Of a DNA stretch of 64,000 nt, positions 28,952 to 38,288 are shown one piece after another; position 1 is the stretch's first letter, and every line of letters starts with the position of its first letter. The notes beneath the pieces were generated by a model. That model searched no databases. It was not told the origin of the DNA and saw nothing but the letters and a program-made list of their open reading frames with translations. The position numbers were made by a program, and so were the translations under genes. Source of the stretch: Betaproteobacteria bacterium (GTDB taxonomy: Bacteria > Pseudomonadota > Gammaproteobacteria > Burkholderiales > SG8-41); the NCBI GenBank assembly GCA_016868035.1, contig VGID01000007.1, positions 5,302-69,301 of the forward strand, given 5' to 3'.

Positions 28952-29707
28952 TTGCCGGAACTGTTATGGTTGTTCGCGGCTGCGCTCGGCGTCGGCTTCC
29001 TGATCGGCGCGTCCAGTATCGGCGGCATCCTGCTCATCCCCGCACTCTCGGCCATCGCCGGTCTGACCCTGCATCAAGCGATGGCGACCGCGCTGTTCAC
29101 TTTCATTTTTACGGGAATCGCGGGCAGCATTGCCTTCCAGCGCCGCCGCACCATAGATTGGGAATTGACGATCCCCCTCTGCCTCGGGGCAGCGCCGTTC
29201 GCGTTCGCGGGCGCATGGCTCAATTCGCGTGCTCCGGCTTCGGTGCTGGCCTTGCTGCTCGCCGTGATCATCATTTTTGCCGGCGTCTATGCGCTTGCAA
29301 ACTCGCGCGGCCTCGGCAATCCCGTTTTTTCCGGACAGCCGCGGGCCCGCCGTGCCCTGCTCGCTGGGTTCGGAGCGCTGGTCGGCCTCGGCGCCGGTTT
29401 GACTGGCGTGGGCGGCCCCGTGCTGTCGGTTCCCCTGATGGTCGTTGCTGGCTTCCCCGTGCTCGCCTGTATCGGAGCCGGGCAAGTCATTCAGATCGTC
29501 GCCGCGGGTATGGGAACGATTGGATTCCTCCAGTTCGGCACGATCAACTTTGCGATCGGGGTGCCAGTACTGATCCTTCAGGTCGGCGGAGTATTGGCCG
29601 GCGTCCATCTCGCGCATACGATGAACCCGTTGCCGCTGCGGCGCTTCGTTGCGCTTCTTTGCATCACCGTCGGGGTGTTTCTTCTCGCGCGACCTCCGGC
29701 CGCGTGA
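28952..29707 (+). CDS. Sulfite exporter TauE/SafE family protein
   Basis: Duplicated GxxxIGG / GLTGVGGP motif, about 8 TM helices. Confidence 0.85.
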   Translation: MPELLWLFAAALGVGFLIGASSIGGILLIPALSAIAGLTLHQAMATALFTFIFTGIAGSIAFQRRRTIDWELTIPLCLGAAPFAFAGAWLNSRAPASVLALLLAVIIIFAGVYALANSRGLGNPVFSGQPRARRALLAGFGALVGLGAGLTGVGGPVLSVPLMVVAGFPVLACIGAGQVIQIVAAGMGTIGFLQFGTINFAIGVPVLILQVGGVLAGVHLAHTMNPLPLRRFVALLCITVGVFLLARPPAA

Positions 29708-29772
29708 TAAGCAGCATCCGCTAAGAACCCTGCGCCGCCGCGCGGGAGAAACGACGCGGTGTAAGGATGTAT

Positions 29773-30627
29773 CTAAGCGCGCAACGTGCGTTCCGCGGCC
29801 TGCACCGTATTGGCTAGCAGCATCGCCACCGTCATCGGTCCGACTCCGCCGGGCACCGGCGTGATCCACCCCGCGACCTCGCGCACCGGGGCGAAATCCA
29901 CGTCTCCCGTGATGCCTTTGCCCTCCACGCGGTTGATGCCGACGTCGATCACCGCAGCCCCCACCTTCACCATATCCGCGGTGATCAGCCGCGGACGCCC
30001 GGTCGCAGCCACCAGGATGTCGGCCCGCCGCGTATGCTGTCCGAGGTCCGGAGTGCGGCTGTGGCACACGGTGACGGTCGCGCCGCGAGCCATCAGCATG
30101 AGCGCCATCGGCTTGCCGACGATCGCGCTGCGCCCGACCACGACGGCTTCACGGCCGTCGATCGAGATGCCCGCGTGGTCGAGCATCGCAACGACTCCGC
30201 GCGGCGTGCACGGCTCGAAGACCGGGCGCCCGGAGACGAGAGCGCCCAGGTTGACCCAGCTCAACCCGTCTACGTCCTTCTCCGGGGCGATCGCTTTTGC
30301 CACCAGCTCCGGGTCGAGGTGCGCCGGCAGCGGAAGCTGCACGAGGATGCCATGCACCCGTGGATCGCGGTTGAGCTTGTCGAGGGTGGCGAGCAGCGTT
30401 TCCGGCGTCGCGCCCGCATCCAGCAGGTGCTCCTCGTTATGGACGCCGACCTCGTTGCAGGCCCGCATCTTGTTGCGGACATAGATCCTGGATGCCGGGT
30501 TGTCTCCCACCAGCACCGCGGCGAGGCCCGGTCGCACGTTCGAGCGCCCGAGGCTCGCCGTTCGCTCCTTCAGGCGGCCATAGGTGTCGCGGGCAAGCGC
30601 CGCGCCGTCGATCACGTGGGCAGGCAT
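29773..30627 (-). CDS. folD: Methylene-THF dehydrogenase/methenyl-THF cyclohydrolase
   Basis: YVRNK, GILVQLPLP, KDVDG, PCTP, GRS.IVGKP, TPVPGGVGPMT. Confidence 0.96.
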   Translation of the reverse strand: MPAHVIDGAALARDTYGRLKERTASLGRSNVRPGLAAVLVGDNPASRIYVRNKMRACNEVGVHNEEHLLDAGATPETLLATLDKLNRDPRVHGILVQLPLPAHLDPELVAKAIAPEKDVDGLSWVNLGALVSGRPVFEPCTPRGVVAMLDHAGISIDGREAVVVGRSAIVGKPMALMLMARGATVTVCHSRTPDLGQHTRRADILVAATGRPRLITADMVKVGAAVIDVGINRVEGKGITGDVDFAPVREVAGWITPVPGGVGPMTVAMLLANTVQAAERTLRA

Positions 30628-30885
30628 CGATCAGCCGTTGGTACTGTGCGAGGATCGCGCCTCGGAGAGCGCTTTTCTTGTCAGCATGCTGTGCGGCCTT
30701 GTTGCATCGTGGCGCGAGCGCGATTATTGCACGGGCACGCTGGAACTGTCATTCGATTCGCCCGCATCCGGACTCGTGATGGCCTTCCGGGCAGGCATGC
30801 GAACGTGAAGTTGGCGCGCCCTGCCAACTTGCGTAAAATTTACCATTTCTTCGCAACGATTCTCCGGATCGGGTGAAGTCCTCCG

Positions 30886-31377
30886 ATGGCTCCGAAACGC
30901 GTGTCGCTATGGGATAAGGAACGTCGCGAGCGCTACCTTGCGGAAAGCGACGACGCCCGGGCTCGTGCGAACGCACGCCACGACGGCGAGCATACCGCGC
31001 GGGATCTGCCCCGCGTCTGGCAAGGCCTGACGCGCGACGAAAGATCCGTCATGGAATACCTTTTGCTCGTGGGCAGCCCCACCGTCGTGGCGCTTCACGA
31101 TGAAGGCCTGCTCGACGGGCTGGTCGCCAAAGGGCTGCTTCGGAGGCCCCCCGGTGTCGGAACGCTGTTCATGAGTCACTACGAGACCACCTACGATGTG
31201 CCGGCTGCGGTGTGGCAATCCATGAATGACGGCCGGAAGCGCTATTTGCCCTACGCCGGCGCGCAGCTCGAGGCGCAACGCCGGCAAGCACGCGAGCGTC
31301 TGCACGCAAAGATCCTAGTGCTGGAGCCCTCGAGCGGGCCGGCGCGCCGCTCCAGCCGGAAAAAACGGCACGCCTGA
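30886..31377 (+). CDS. Hypothetical protein (possible winged-helix)
   Basis: 163-aa ORF whose stop overlaps the next start (TGATG); LTRDERSVM...GLVAKGLL helix pattern. Confidence 0.65.
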   Translation: MAPKRVSLWDKERRERYLAESDDARARANARHDGEHTARDLPRVWQGLTRDERSVMEYLLLVGSPTVVALHDEGLLDGLVAKGLLRRPPGVGTLFMSHYETTYDVPAAVWQSMNDGRKRYLPYAGAQLEAQRRQARERLHAKILVLEPSSGPARRSSRKKRHA

Positions 31378-32576
31378 TGAGCGTTTCCACGATCCCGGGT
31401 CCCGAAACAATAGCAACACTGCTTCTTTGCGGGCGATTCGGCCCGACGCGCGACGGAATCAAGCTGTTGTCGCCGTCCGAATATCACGATCTGGCGCAAT
31501 GGCTTGATACCCACCGTCTCGCTTTCGGCGATCTCATCAAGCCGGACGCGAGACCGATTCTCCAGGCCTATGCGGGCCGCGGCTCGGGGCGGGAACGCCT
31601 GCTTGCTCTCCTGAAGCGGACCGACGAGCTGGTGCTCGCGCTCGAGGGGTGGTCGCAGATGGGAATCTGGGTCGTGGCCCAGACCGACCCGCAGTATCCG
31701 CGGCGCTTGCGCCAGCGGTTGAAGCGCGCGGCCCTGCCGCTGCTGTTCGGCGCGAGCTCGCGGTCGTTGCTCGACGGCGGAGGCGTCTGCATCGTCGGTT
31801 CCCGCGACAGCCCCGAGGCAGCACTTCAGTTCGCGCAGGCCATCGGAGGGCGGTGCGCCCGCGAAGGCATGACCGTGGTTTCGAGCGACATGCGCGGCGT
31901 GGACCGCGAGACCGTGAATGCGGCGCTCGATGAGGGCGGAAAGGCGATTTGCGTGCTCTCGGGCTGCCTGGAGAAGGCGATCACCGCGAAGCGGCACCGC
32001 TCCACGCTCGCCGCGAACGCCCTCGCCATGGTGACGCCGTTCTCTCCCGACACCCGTTTCAAGGCAGCGAACGCCATACGTGTGAACAAATACCAGTACG
32101 CCCTTTCGGATGTCGCCATCGTCGTCGAGACGCGCGAAAAAGGGGGCGTCTGGCTGGGTGCCGAGGAAAACCGCCACAAGGGCTGGGTGCCGGCCTTCAT
32201 CCGCACCGGAGAGACCATGTCCCCGAGCAACCACGCCGCGCTTCACCTGGGCCTGCTCCCGATCACGCTCCAGGATGTCGAGCGCTCCGAGAGTCTGCGC
32301 GACTTCTTCGTCACGCACGGCCTGTCGGCCTGGAGCGCGGGCACCGAGGCGAAGCAACCCTGCGCGCCCTCCTCCAGACCGGGGCCGTCCGTGGACTTGT
32401 ACTCGATCTTCGTGACCGAATTGCGGACGGTGGTCGCGGCCGCGCCGCGCTCCGAGACCGAGATCGCCGAGCATTTCAAGATCGAACGCACCCAGGCGCG
32501 CGAGTGGCTGGCCCGCGCACTCGCGAACGGCGTCGTGCGGAAAGCCGATGACGCGAATCGCTACATGGCGCCCTAG
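31377..32576 (+). CDS. DprA/Smf (SLOG)-like protein with C-terminal HTH
   Basis: D.QYPRRL, IVGSR, RGVD, NKYQYALSD, VVE..EKGG. Confidence 0.82.
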   Translation: MSVSTIPGPETIATLLLCGRFGPTRDGIKLLSPSEYHDLAQWLDTHRLAFGDLIKPDARPILQAYAGRGSGRERLLALLKRTDELVLALEGWSQMGIWVVAQTDPQYPRRLRQRLKRAALPLLFGASSRSLLDGGGVCIVGSRDSPEAALQFAQAIGGRCAREGMTVVSSDMRGVDRETVNAALDEGGKAICVLSGCLEKAITAKRHRSTLAANALAMVTPFSPDTRFKAANAIRVNKYQYALSDVAIVVETREKGGVWLGAEENRHKGWVPAFIRTGETMSPSNHAALHLGLLPITLQDVERSESLRDFFVTHGLSAWSAGTEAKQPCAPSSRPGPSVDLYSIFVTELRTVVAAAPRSETEIAEHFKIERTQAREWLARALANGVVRKADDANRYMAP

Positions 32577-32695
32577 CAGCCTGCCGGATTTGATTCCGAC
32601 CGGATGCGAACAGCAAAATCGCCGGCGGATTCCGAATTCACTCAGGCGGTCTTGCATAAAGGAGCATGTCGGCCTCAAGTCCGGCAAACTCCTGG
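32573..32695. mobile_element. ~123-bp MITE-like element (family A), right end degenerate
   Basis: CTAGCAGCCTGCCGGATTTGA ... TCAAGTCCGGCAAACTCCTGG; its CTAG contains the dprA-like stop codon. Confidence 0.6.
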
Positions 32696-32704
32696 CGGGA
32701 AGCG

Positions 32705-34603
32705 TCAGGCGCTCCCGGACATCGTTACCGTCGGCCCGTCGGCGGCGAGGTTGCACGCGTTGACGAAAATCTCCTGGAACTCGGGCCGGGTCGCGAGCGC
32801 GACATGCTCGATCTGGCGCGCAATCGTCTCGGCCCGGCGCCTTTCCGTCTCGGACAATAGCGCCATCTGTGCGCCGAGATGGGCGGCGTTCCCAACGTAG
32901 CGGATCCGGTCCAGCGGCAACGCAGGCAGCAGGCGGATTCGCACCGCGCTCTCGATGTTCACGTAGTTGCCGAACCCGCCCGCCAGGAGCAACTCGTCGA
33001 TGTCCTCGTCCGCAACGTTCATCAGCCTCTGCAGCATCAGGATGCCGGCGTAGATCGCCCCTTTCGCGAGCTGGAGCTGCCGGCAGTCGATCTGGGTCAG
33101 CACGATGTCCTCGGGCTTGCCAGCCTTCGCCGCGGGCACGAGGACGAAAGCGCGGCTGCCCTCGTGCGCGACGATCCGCTGGCGAATCAGCGGGGGCAGC
33201 GCCGCCAGGTCGTTATGGCGCAGCCGGCCCGCCGCGTTCAGCACCTTCGCGTCCAGCATCTTGGCCACCGCGTCGATTAGCCCGGACCCGCAGATGCCGA
33301 TCGCGGGCACCTCTCCGATGACCTGGCACTCGACGTCGTCGCCGATGCGGATGCGCTCGATCGCGCCGATCGCGCCCCGCATCCCGTGCTTGATCTGCCC
33401 GCCCTCAAAGGTCGGCCCCGCGGGCGCCGAGCAGGCCATCAGCTTGTCCTTCGATCCCATGACCACTTCGCCGTTGGTTCCGATGTCGACCAGCACCCGT
33501 ATCTTTTCGCTGGCGTACAGGCGCGTCGCGATGATCGCCGCCACCGTATCGGCACCGACGAATCCCGCGACGATGGGCAGAAAGCACACGCGCGCATGGG
33601 GCGTTTTCTTGAGCGGCAATGCGGAGGCGGGAACAACGATCGGATAGCGGGCTGTCGGAGCATAAGGCGCGAGACCGACATAGCTCGTGTCGATGCCGAG
33701 GAACATGTGGTGCATGCACGTATTGCCCACGATCACGATCTTGTAGATGCGCTCCGGCGCTATACGCGCCTTTGCGCAGGCTTCCTCGATGAAATCGTTG
33801 ATCGCGGTGAGAATGCGTCCGCGCAACGAGGCGAGTTTCTTCGCGTCGAATTGCGCGTAGGCGACGCGGGACATCAGGTCGCCTCCGAACACGGCCTGGG
33901 GATTGATGCCCCCCACCGTGGCCAAGGGCTCGCCAGTCGCGAGGTCGAGCAGGCTGCCGACGATACTCGTCGTTCCGATGTCGAAGGCCATGCCGTACAT
34001 GCGTGTGCCCTCGGAACCCGCATCGATCGCGATGATCCGCTTGTTGAACGTCGTGACCGTGAGCTGGCCGTTCCGGGAGCGCAGCGCCTCGGGCACCTTG
34101 CGCAGCACGTCGAGCGCGACCTCCGGATCCGTGCCGGGGGGGAGTTGCAGAAGAATTTCCTCGATATCCGAGGTGAGGTGGTTCTCGTCACTCGGTGCCG
34201 TAGCCACGATGATGTGCTGCTCGACCCCGCAATCGAGCGCTGCGCCGTCGAGGGCATCGGACTCGCCGGCGCCCAGGATCTTGTGCCCCGCCTCCCCCCG
34301 CAAAGACGCCGGCATGATGGCGCAGTCGGCGATCACGGCAGTCTGGCACGACAAGCGGAAGTTTTCGTGCACCGCGTCGTGCCCGAGCTGGATCGTGTCC
34401 TGCACCGTGGGCGGCGGAATATCGCCGCTCAACACCTTGACCCGGCAGCTCCGGCAGCGGCCGCGCCGGCCGCACGTGGCCGTGATGTCCACGCCGGCAT
34501 CGAGCGCGGCCTGCAGCATGGTGATCCCGGCGGCGACCTCGACGCTCCTCGACTCGCCGCGCTGGGCGCCGTCGACCAGTGTTACACGGAACGTCTTCGA
34601 CAT
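32705..34603 (-). CDS. ASKHA-type reductive activator of corrinoid proteins (RACo/DUF4445) with N-terminal 2Fe-2S domain
   Basis: CGRRGRCRSC..RLSC, DIGTTS, GFVGAD, DIGTNGE, AGPTFEG, GICGSG, QLAKGAI, AGGFG. Confidence 0.93.
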   Translation of the reverse strand: MSKTFRVTLVDGAQRGESRSVEVAAGITMLQAALDAGVDITATCGRRGRCRSCRVKVLSGDIPPPTVQDTIQLGHDAVHENFRLSCQTAVIADCAIMPASLRGEAGHKILGAGESDALDGAALDCGVEQHIIVATAPSDENHLTSDIEEILLQLPPGTDPEVALDVLRKVPEALRSRNGQLTVTTFNKRIIAIDAGSEGTRMYGMAFDIGTTSIVGSLLDLATGEPLATVGGINPQAVFGGDLMSRVAYAQFDAKKLASLRGRILTAINDFIEEACAKARIAPERIYKIVIVGNTCMHHMFLGIDTSYVGLAPYAPTARYPIVVPASALPLKKTPHARVCFLPIVAGFVGADTVAAIIATRLYASEKIRVLVDIGTNGEVVMGSKDKLMACSAPAGPTFEGGQIKHGMRGAIGAIERIRIGDDVECQVIGEVPAIGICGSGLIDAVAKMLDAKVLNAAGRLRHNDLAALPPLIRQRIVAHEGSRAFVLVPAAKAGKPEDIVLTQIDCRQLQLAKGAIYAGILMLQRLMNVADEDIDELLLAGGFGNYVNIESAVRIRLLPALPLDRIRYVGNAAHLGAQMALLSETERRRAETIARQIEHVALATRPEFQEIFVNACNLAADGPTVTMSGSA

Positions 34604-34657
34604 TAGGGTCGCCTCACGCCCGGCGGGAGCCCGGTACATCGCTTTGCGCCATGATCC

Positions 34658-35629
34658 TCAACGCCGGGAATACGCGATGTAGCGCATGGCGAAATCGTCC
34701 TTGCCGAGGAGCACGTCGGCGGCGAGCCGGAATTCGACGTACTGGATCGGCGGATTCATGATCGGGTCGATCATCAGCGTGTCGCATCCGGCCAGGATCG
34801 ACAGGATGATGAACGCATTGTTGATCACCTTGCGGTCGGGCAGCCCGAACGAGGTGTTGCTGTGGCCGCCGAAGATGTGCACTTCCGGGTACCGCGCGCG
34901 TATCTCCCGGACCGCGTCCAGGTAATGATTACCGTACTCCGATCCCGCGCCGACGGGAAACGCGAGCGGGTCGAGATAGCGGTCGCCCATCGGCACGTCG
35001 GCGGCGTCCATCAACTCCATGATCTGGCCGAGGTTTTCGACCCGCTGGGCCGCGTCCTGCGGCATGTTGTCGCGTCCGCTGGCGTTGCCGAACAGGAGCG
35101 CATTGTATTTCTTCGCCAGCCCGATCAGCACCTGGCGTCCGTCCTCGAGGTTCACCGAGTTGATCGCCGGGCGGCTCGTCGCCACGTCGTATACCTCCAG
35201 GCCGGCGATGATGGTATCCGGGTCCGAGGAATCGATGGACAGCGTGGTATCGGTCATCGACTGCACAACCGGCACGAGCCAGCGCATCCACTGGTGGCGC
35301 TCGTTCGGATCCACGGATATCTCGTCCACGCACAGATCGATGATGTTCACGCCGGCCTGCACCTGGGAGCGGATCAGCCAGGCGATGTAGTCCGTGTTCT
35401 TCGTTCGCAGCGCGTGCGCGATGTGGGGGATCTGGTACTTGCGCACCTCCGCGGGATCCTTCGGGAAGATGCTCGTGATGTCGAGTACCTGTGTGCCGCC
35501 ATCCGGTCCCGGGAAAGACACTCCGATCTTGCCGTCGCTGCGCACGACCCGGGGGCTGCTGGGCTTCAACCGCCGGGTGGAATTGAAGTTTTCTCCGATA
35601 ATATCCAGGATTTTTTCACTTGCTCCCAT
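34658..35629 (-). CDS. Pterin-binding methyl-THF:corrinoid methyltransferase (AcsE/MeTr-like)
   Basis: IIGENFN, LSIDS, INSV, YLDP, GGHSNTSFGLPDRKVIN. Confidence 0.88.
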   Translation of the reverse strand: MGASEKILDIIGENFNSTRRLKPSSPRVVRSDGKIGVSFPGPDGGTQVLDITSIFPKDPAEVRKYQIPHIAHALRTKNTDYIAWLIRSQVQAGVNIIDLCVDEISVDPNERHQWMRWLVPVVQSMTDTTLSIDSSDPDTIIAGLEVYDVATSRPAINSVNLEDGRQVLIGLAKKYNALLFGNASGRDNMPQDAAQRVENLGQIMELMDAADVPMGDRYLDPLAFPVGAGSEYGNHYLDAVREIRARYPEVHIFGGHSNTSFGLPDRKVINNAFIILSILAGCDTLMIDPIMNPPIQYVEFRLAADVLLGKDDFAMRYIAYSRR

Positions 35630-35726
35630 TACCTGCTCCGTCCTTTCGAAAAAAGTAACCTGCCTTTGCGACAACGAAGTCGCCGCCCGGTTGCGGCCGC
35701 CCGCGCGCCGGTGTTGCGTAACGCCG

Positions 35727-36503
35727 TCATGAGGCTTCCGCAGGCGTCGGGCGCAGTCCGTAGAGCCCCGAGCGCGACATCTTCGGTACCATGCCGCCGC
35801 TCTCCAGCAGGCGCACCGGAAGCTCGACGTCACGGAAGATGCCGAACAATGCGGGTTGCTCGAACAGAGACCAGTCGCATTTTCGGCCACCCACGCTGAA
35901 GCTGTATCCGGGCGCCATGCGGCGGGTGAGCACAAGCCCCTCGGGCCCGACGAGTTCGCCCAGATGCCGCAGCAGGCGCTTGGTCGCCTGCTCGACCGCC
36001 ATCCAGCCCACCGTCTCCAGAAACAACGACTCGAGCACCTGTTTGCTGGCCGAGAGGTTGCTGCCGACCTGGTCGAAACCCCCGCCGAGGGTCAGCACGA
36101 AAGCGATGATCTCGCGGCATCCGGAAAGATATCTGTCGAAAGCATCGCAGCGTACCCGTGTGCCGTCGACCAGCGTCAGCACACCGCCGGCGCAATCGGC
36201 GATGCCCACGCGCCGATAACGCGCATCCGCTGCGAGCATGCGGTTGGCCATGGTCGTGACCGTTTCGGCGGCGTTTCTCACGGCCGGCCGCACCCGGGCA
36301 AGGTCGGTATACCCCTGCAATCTGAGGATCTGCTCGACGCTCACCCTCAGGTCCTTCGGAGCGTAGGTTCCGCACGCGCCAGCCATGGAAGGTTCCGGCG
36401 CCCGCCGGCCAGACGCTTCCGGGGCGGTGCCCGACGCAGGCGGATCCACGGAACCCTTGGCAGCGGAAACCATCTTGCCGGAGCGCTCCTGCACTATGGA
36501 CAT
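35727..36503 (-). CDS. Stand-alone B12-dependent methionine synthase activation-domain protein
   Basis: AFVLTLG, RMAPGY..DWSLFEQ, LLESGGMVPKMSRSG; start uncertain. Confidence 0.75.
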   Translation of the reverse strand: MSIVQERSGKMVSAAKGSVDPPASGTAPEASGRRAPEPSMAGACGTYAPKDLRVSVEQILRLQGYTDLARVRPAVRNAAETVTTMANRMLAADARYRRVGIADCAGGVLTLVDGTRVRCDAFDRYLSGCREIIAFVLTLGGGFDQVGSNLSASKQVLESLFLETVGWMAVEQATKRLLRHLGELVGPEGLVLTRRMAPGYSFSVGGRKCDWSLFEQPALFGIFRDVELPVRLLESGGMVPKMSRSGLYGLRPTPAEAS

Positions 36504-36621
36504 CCTCGACGCCTCGTCGTTTTCGGGAGAGTATGTGCGAGTGGCGCACTGCAAGTCGAGCGCGAGCCGCCGGACCGGGCCGACGAGCTACCCGCATGAC
36601 AAAGCGATGCTTCGCGAGTGC

Positions 36622-37686
36622 TCACACGCCGTGGTGCGCCGGCTGGGCCATGGGGAGCTGCGGATCGCCCCGGCAAAACGGGCGGCGCCCGCCCAGCACA
36701 CCCGATTCCTTGACGATTTCCCCCAGGTATTGCTCCTGGCGCGGGGACATCACATGGATCCCGGAGACTCCCCGGGTCTCTTTGATCTGCTGCATCAGTT
36801 CCACGCACAGCTTGCGCCCTTCCGCCGCCGGATTCTGCGCCTGCTCCAGGCGCCGGACGCATTCTTCGGGGATGTGCACGCCCGGCACGTGCGATCGCAC
36901 CCAGCGCGCGGTGCGCGCCGATGGCAGCGCCCCGACCCCGACCAGGATGAACACCTTCTCGTGCAGGCCCATGTCGCACACCCGGTCCATGAAGCGCCGG
37001 AACAGCGGTATGTCGAAACAGTACTGGGTCTGGATGAACTGGGCGCCCGCCTCGACCTTCTTCTTGAGACGCAGCGGGCGGAACTCGTAGGGCGGGGAGA
37101 ACGGATTCTCGGCCGCGCCGAGAAAAACTTCCGGTCCCTTCGTGAGCGGCCGCCCGGACAGGAACCGCTTCTCGTCGCGCATGTAGCGGATCATCCGCAG
37201 CAGCGACACCGAGCCGAGATCGAACACGGGCTTGGCGCCCGGCTGGTCGCCGACCTGTACCCCGTCCCCGGTGAGGCACAGGATGCAACCGACTCCCATG
37301 GCCGCAGCGCCGAGGACATCGCCCTGCATCGCGATGCGGTTGCGGTCGCGGCACGACATCTGCATCACGGGCGAGTAGCCGGCGCGGGTGAGGAGCGCGC
37401 AGATGCTGACGGCCGACATGTGGACGTTGGCGCCGGAGCCATCGGTCGCGTTGATGGCATCGACCCACCCGTCGAACACGGCGGCGCGCCGGTAGACCTC
37501 GTCCGGATCGACGGAATCCGGCGGCGCAAGCTCGGCGGTGACCGCGAAATGACCGGCTCGCAGCACCCGTTCGAAGCGGCTGCGCGAGTAATGGCCGGCG
37601 GGTTTCTCGGGCGGAGTGTCGTGGTCGAAAGGACCGCTCGCGCCGCCGTTCGCGGAGAGCATCGCCGGTGGCGTTCCCGCGTACAC
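36622..37686 (-). CDS. metF: Methylenetetrahydrofolate reductase
   Basis: VTAELAPP, DAINATD, CRDRNRIA, LCLTGD, KKVEAGAQFIQTQ, GIHVM. Confidence 0.92.
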   Translation of the reverse strand: MYAGTPPAMLSANGGASGPFDHDTPPEKPAGHYSRSRFERVLRAGHFAVTAELAPPDSVDPDEVYRRAAVFDGWVDAINATDGSGANVHMSAVSICALLTRAGYSPVMQMSCRDRNRIAMQGDVLGAAAMGVGCILCLTGDGVQVGDQPGAKPVFDLGSVSLLRMIRYMRDEKRFLSGRPLTKGPEVFLGAAENPFSPPYEFRPLRLKKKVEAGAQFIQTQYCFDIPLFRRFMDRVCDMGLHEKVFILVGVGALPSARTARWVRSHVPGVHIPEECVRRLEQAQNPAAEGRKLCVELMQQIKETRGVSGIHVMSPRQEQYLGEIVKESGVLGGRRPFCRGDPQLPMAQPAHHGV

Positions 37687-37688
37687 GG

Positions 37689-38198
37689 TCAGTTCCTCCC
37701 GCGCACGAGGTCGGCCGCCGACGCCTCGCGCAACCCTCGCCGCGCTTCCGCCGCTTCGTGCGTCACCCGCAGCCACGACGAGCGGTTCTTGAAGGTCTCG
37801 TCGATGTGCCCGTTGATGGTTTCGATGTTGCCGGGATTGCGCATGCGCAGGCTGCCTTCATAGGCCTCGATCCACACGCACCGCATCTCCGGCTCGATCT
37901 CGCACATCCCGTCCGGCCGCACCCCTCCGCACGGACCGTTACGCAACGCTTTCGGACAGTTCATCGGGCACGACATCCCCGTGTGCGACAGGACGCAATG
38001 CCCGCACATCCGGCAGTCGAACAGGAACCCCTTGACCGCCTTTTCGACCGTCGCGGCCGGCCCCTCGAGCCGCTCGTACCCGATACGCCGCCAGAGCGGG
38101 TCGAGCATCAGCATGAACGCGGCGAAGGTGTCGTACAGCCATTCGAGGCCACGGGCATGGCGCACGGACCACCGTCGCATCGCATACATGACCGTCAC
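37689..38198 (-). CDS. MTHFR C-terminal/MetV-like Cys-rich subunit
   Basis: FDCRMCGHC..TGMSCPMNCPKALRNGPCGG...CE...CVW. Confidence 0.9.
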   Translation of the reverse strand: MTVMYAMRRWSVRHARGLEWLYDTFAAFMLMLDPLWRRIGYERLEGPAATVEKAVKGFLFDCRMCGHCVLSHTGMSCPMNCPKALRNGPCGGVRPDGMCEIEPEMRCVWIEAYEGSLRMRNPGNIETINGHIDETFKNRSSWLRVTHEAAEARRGLREASAADLVRGRN

Positions 38199-38288
38199 CC
38201 TCCCGTGCCGCGTGTCACGCCCGTCTCCACGCGCGGCACCGAGCGCCCGCAGCGCGCGTCACGGGCGGCGGCGCGCTCCGCGCCCGGG

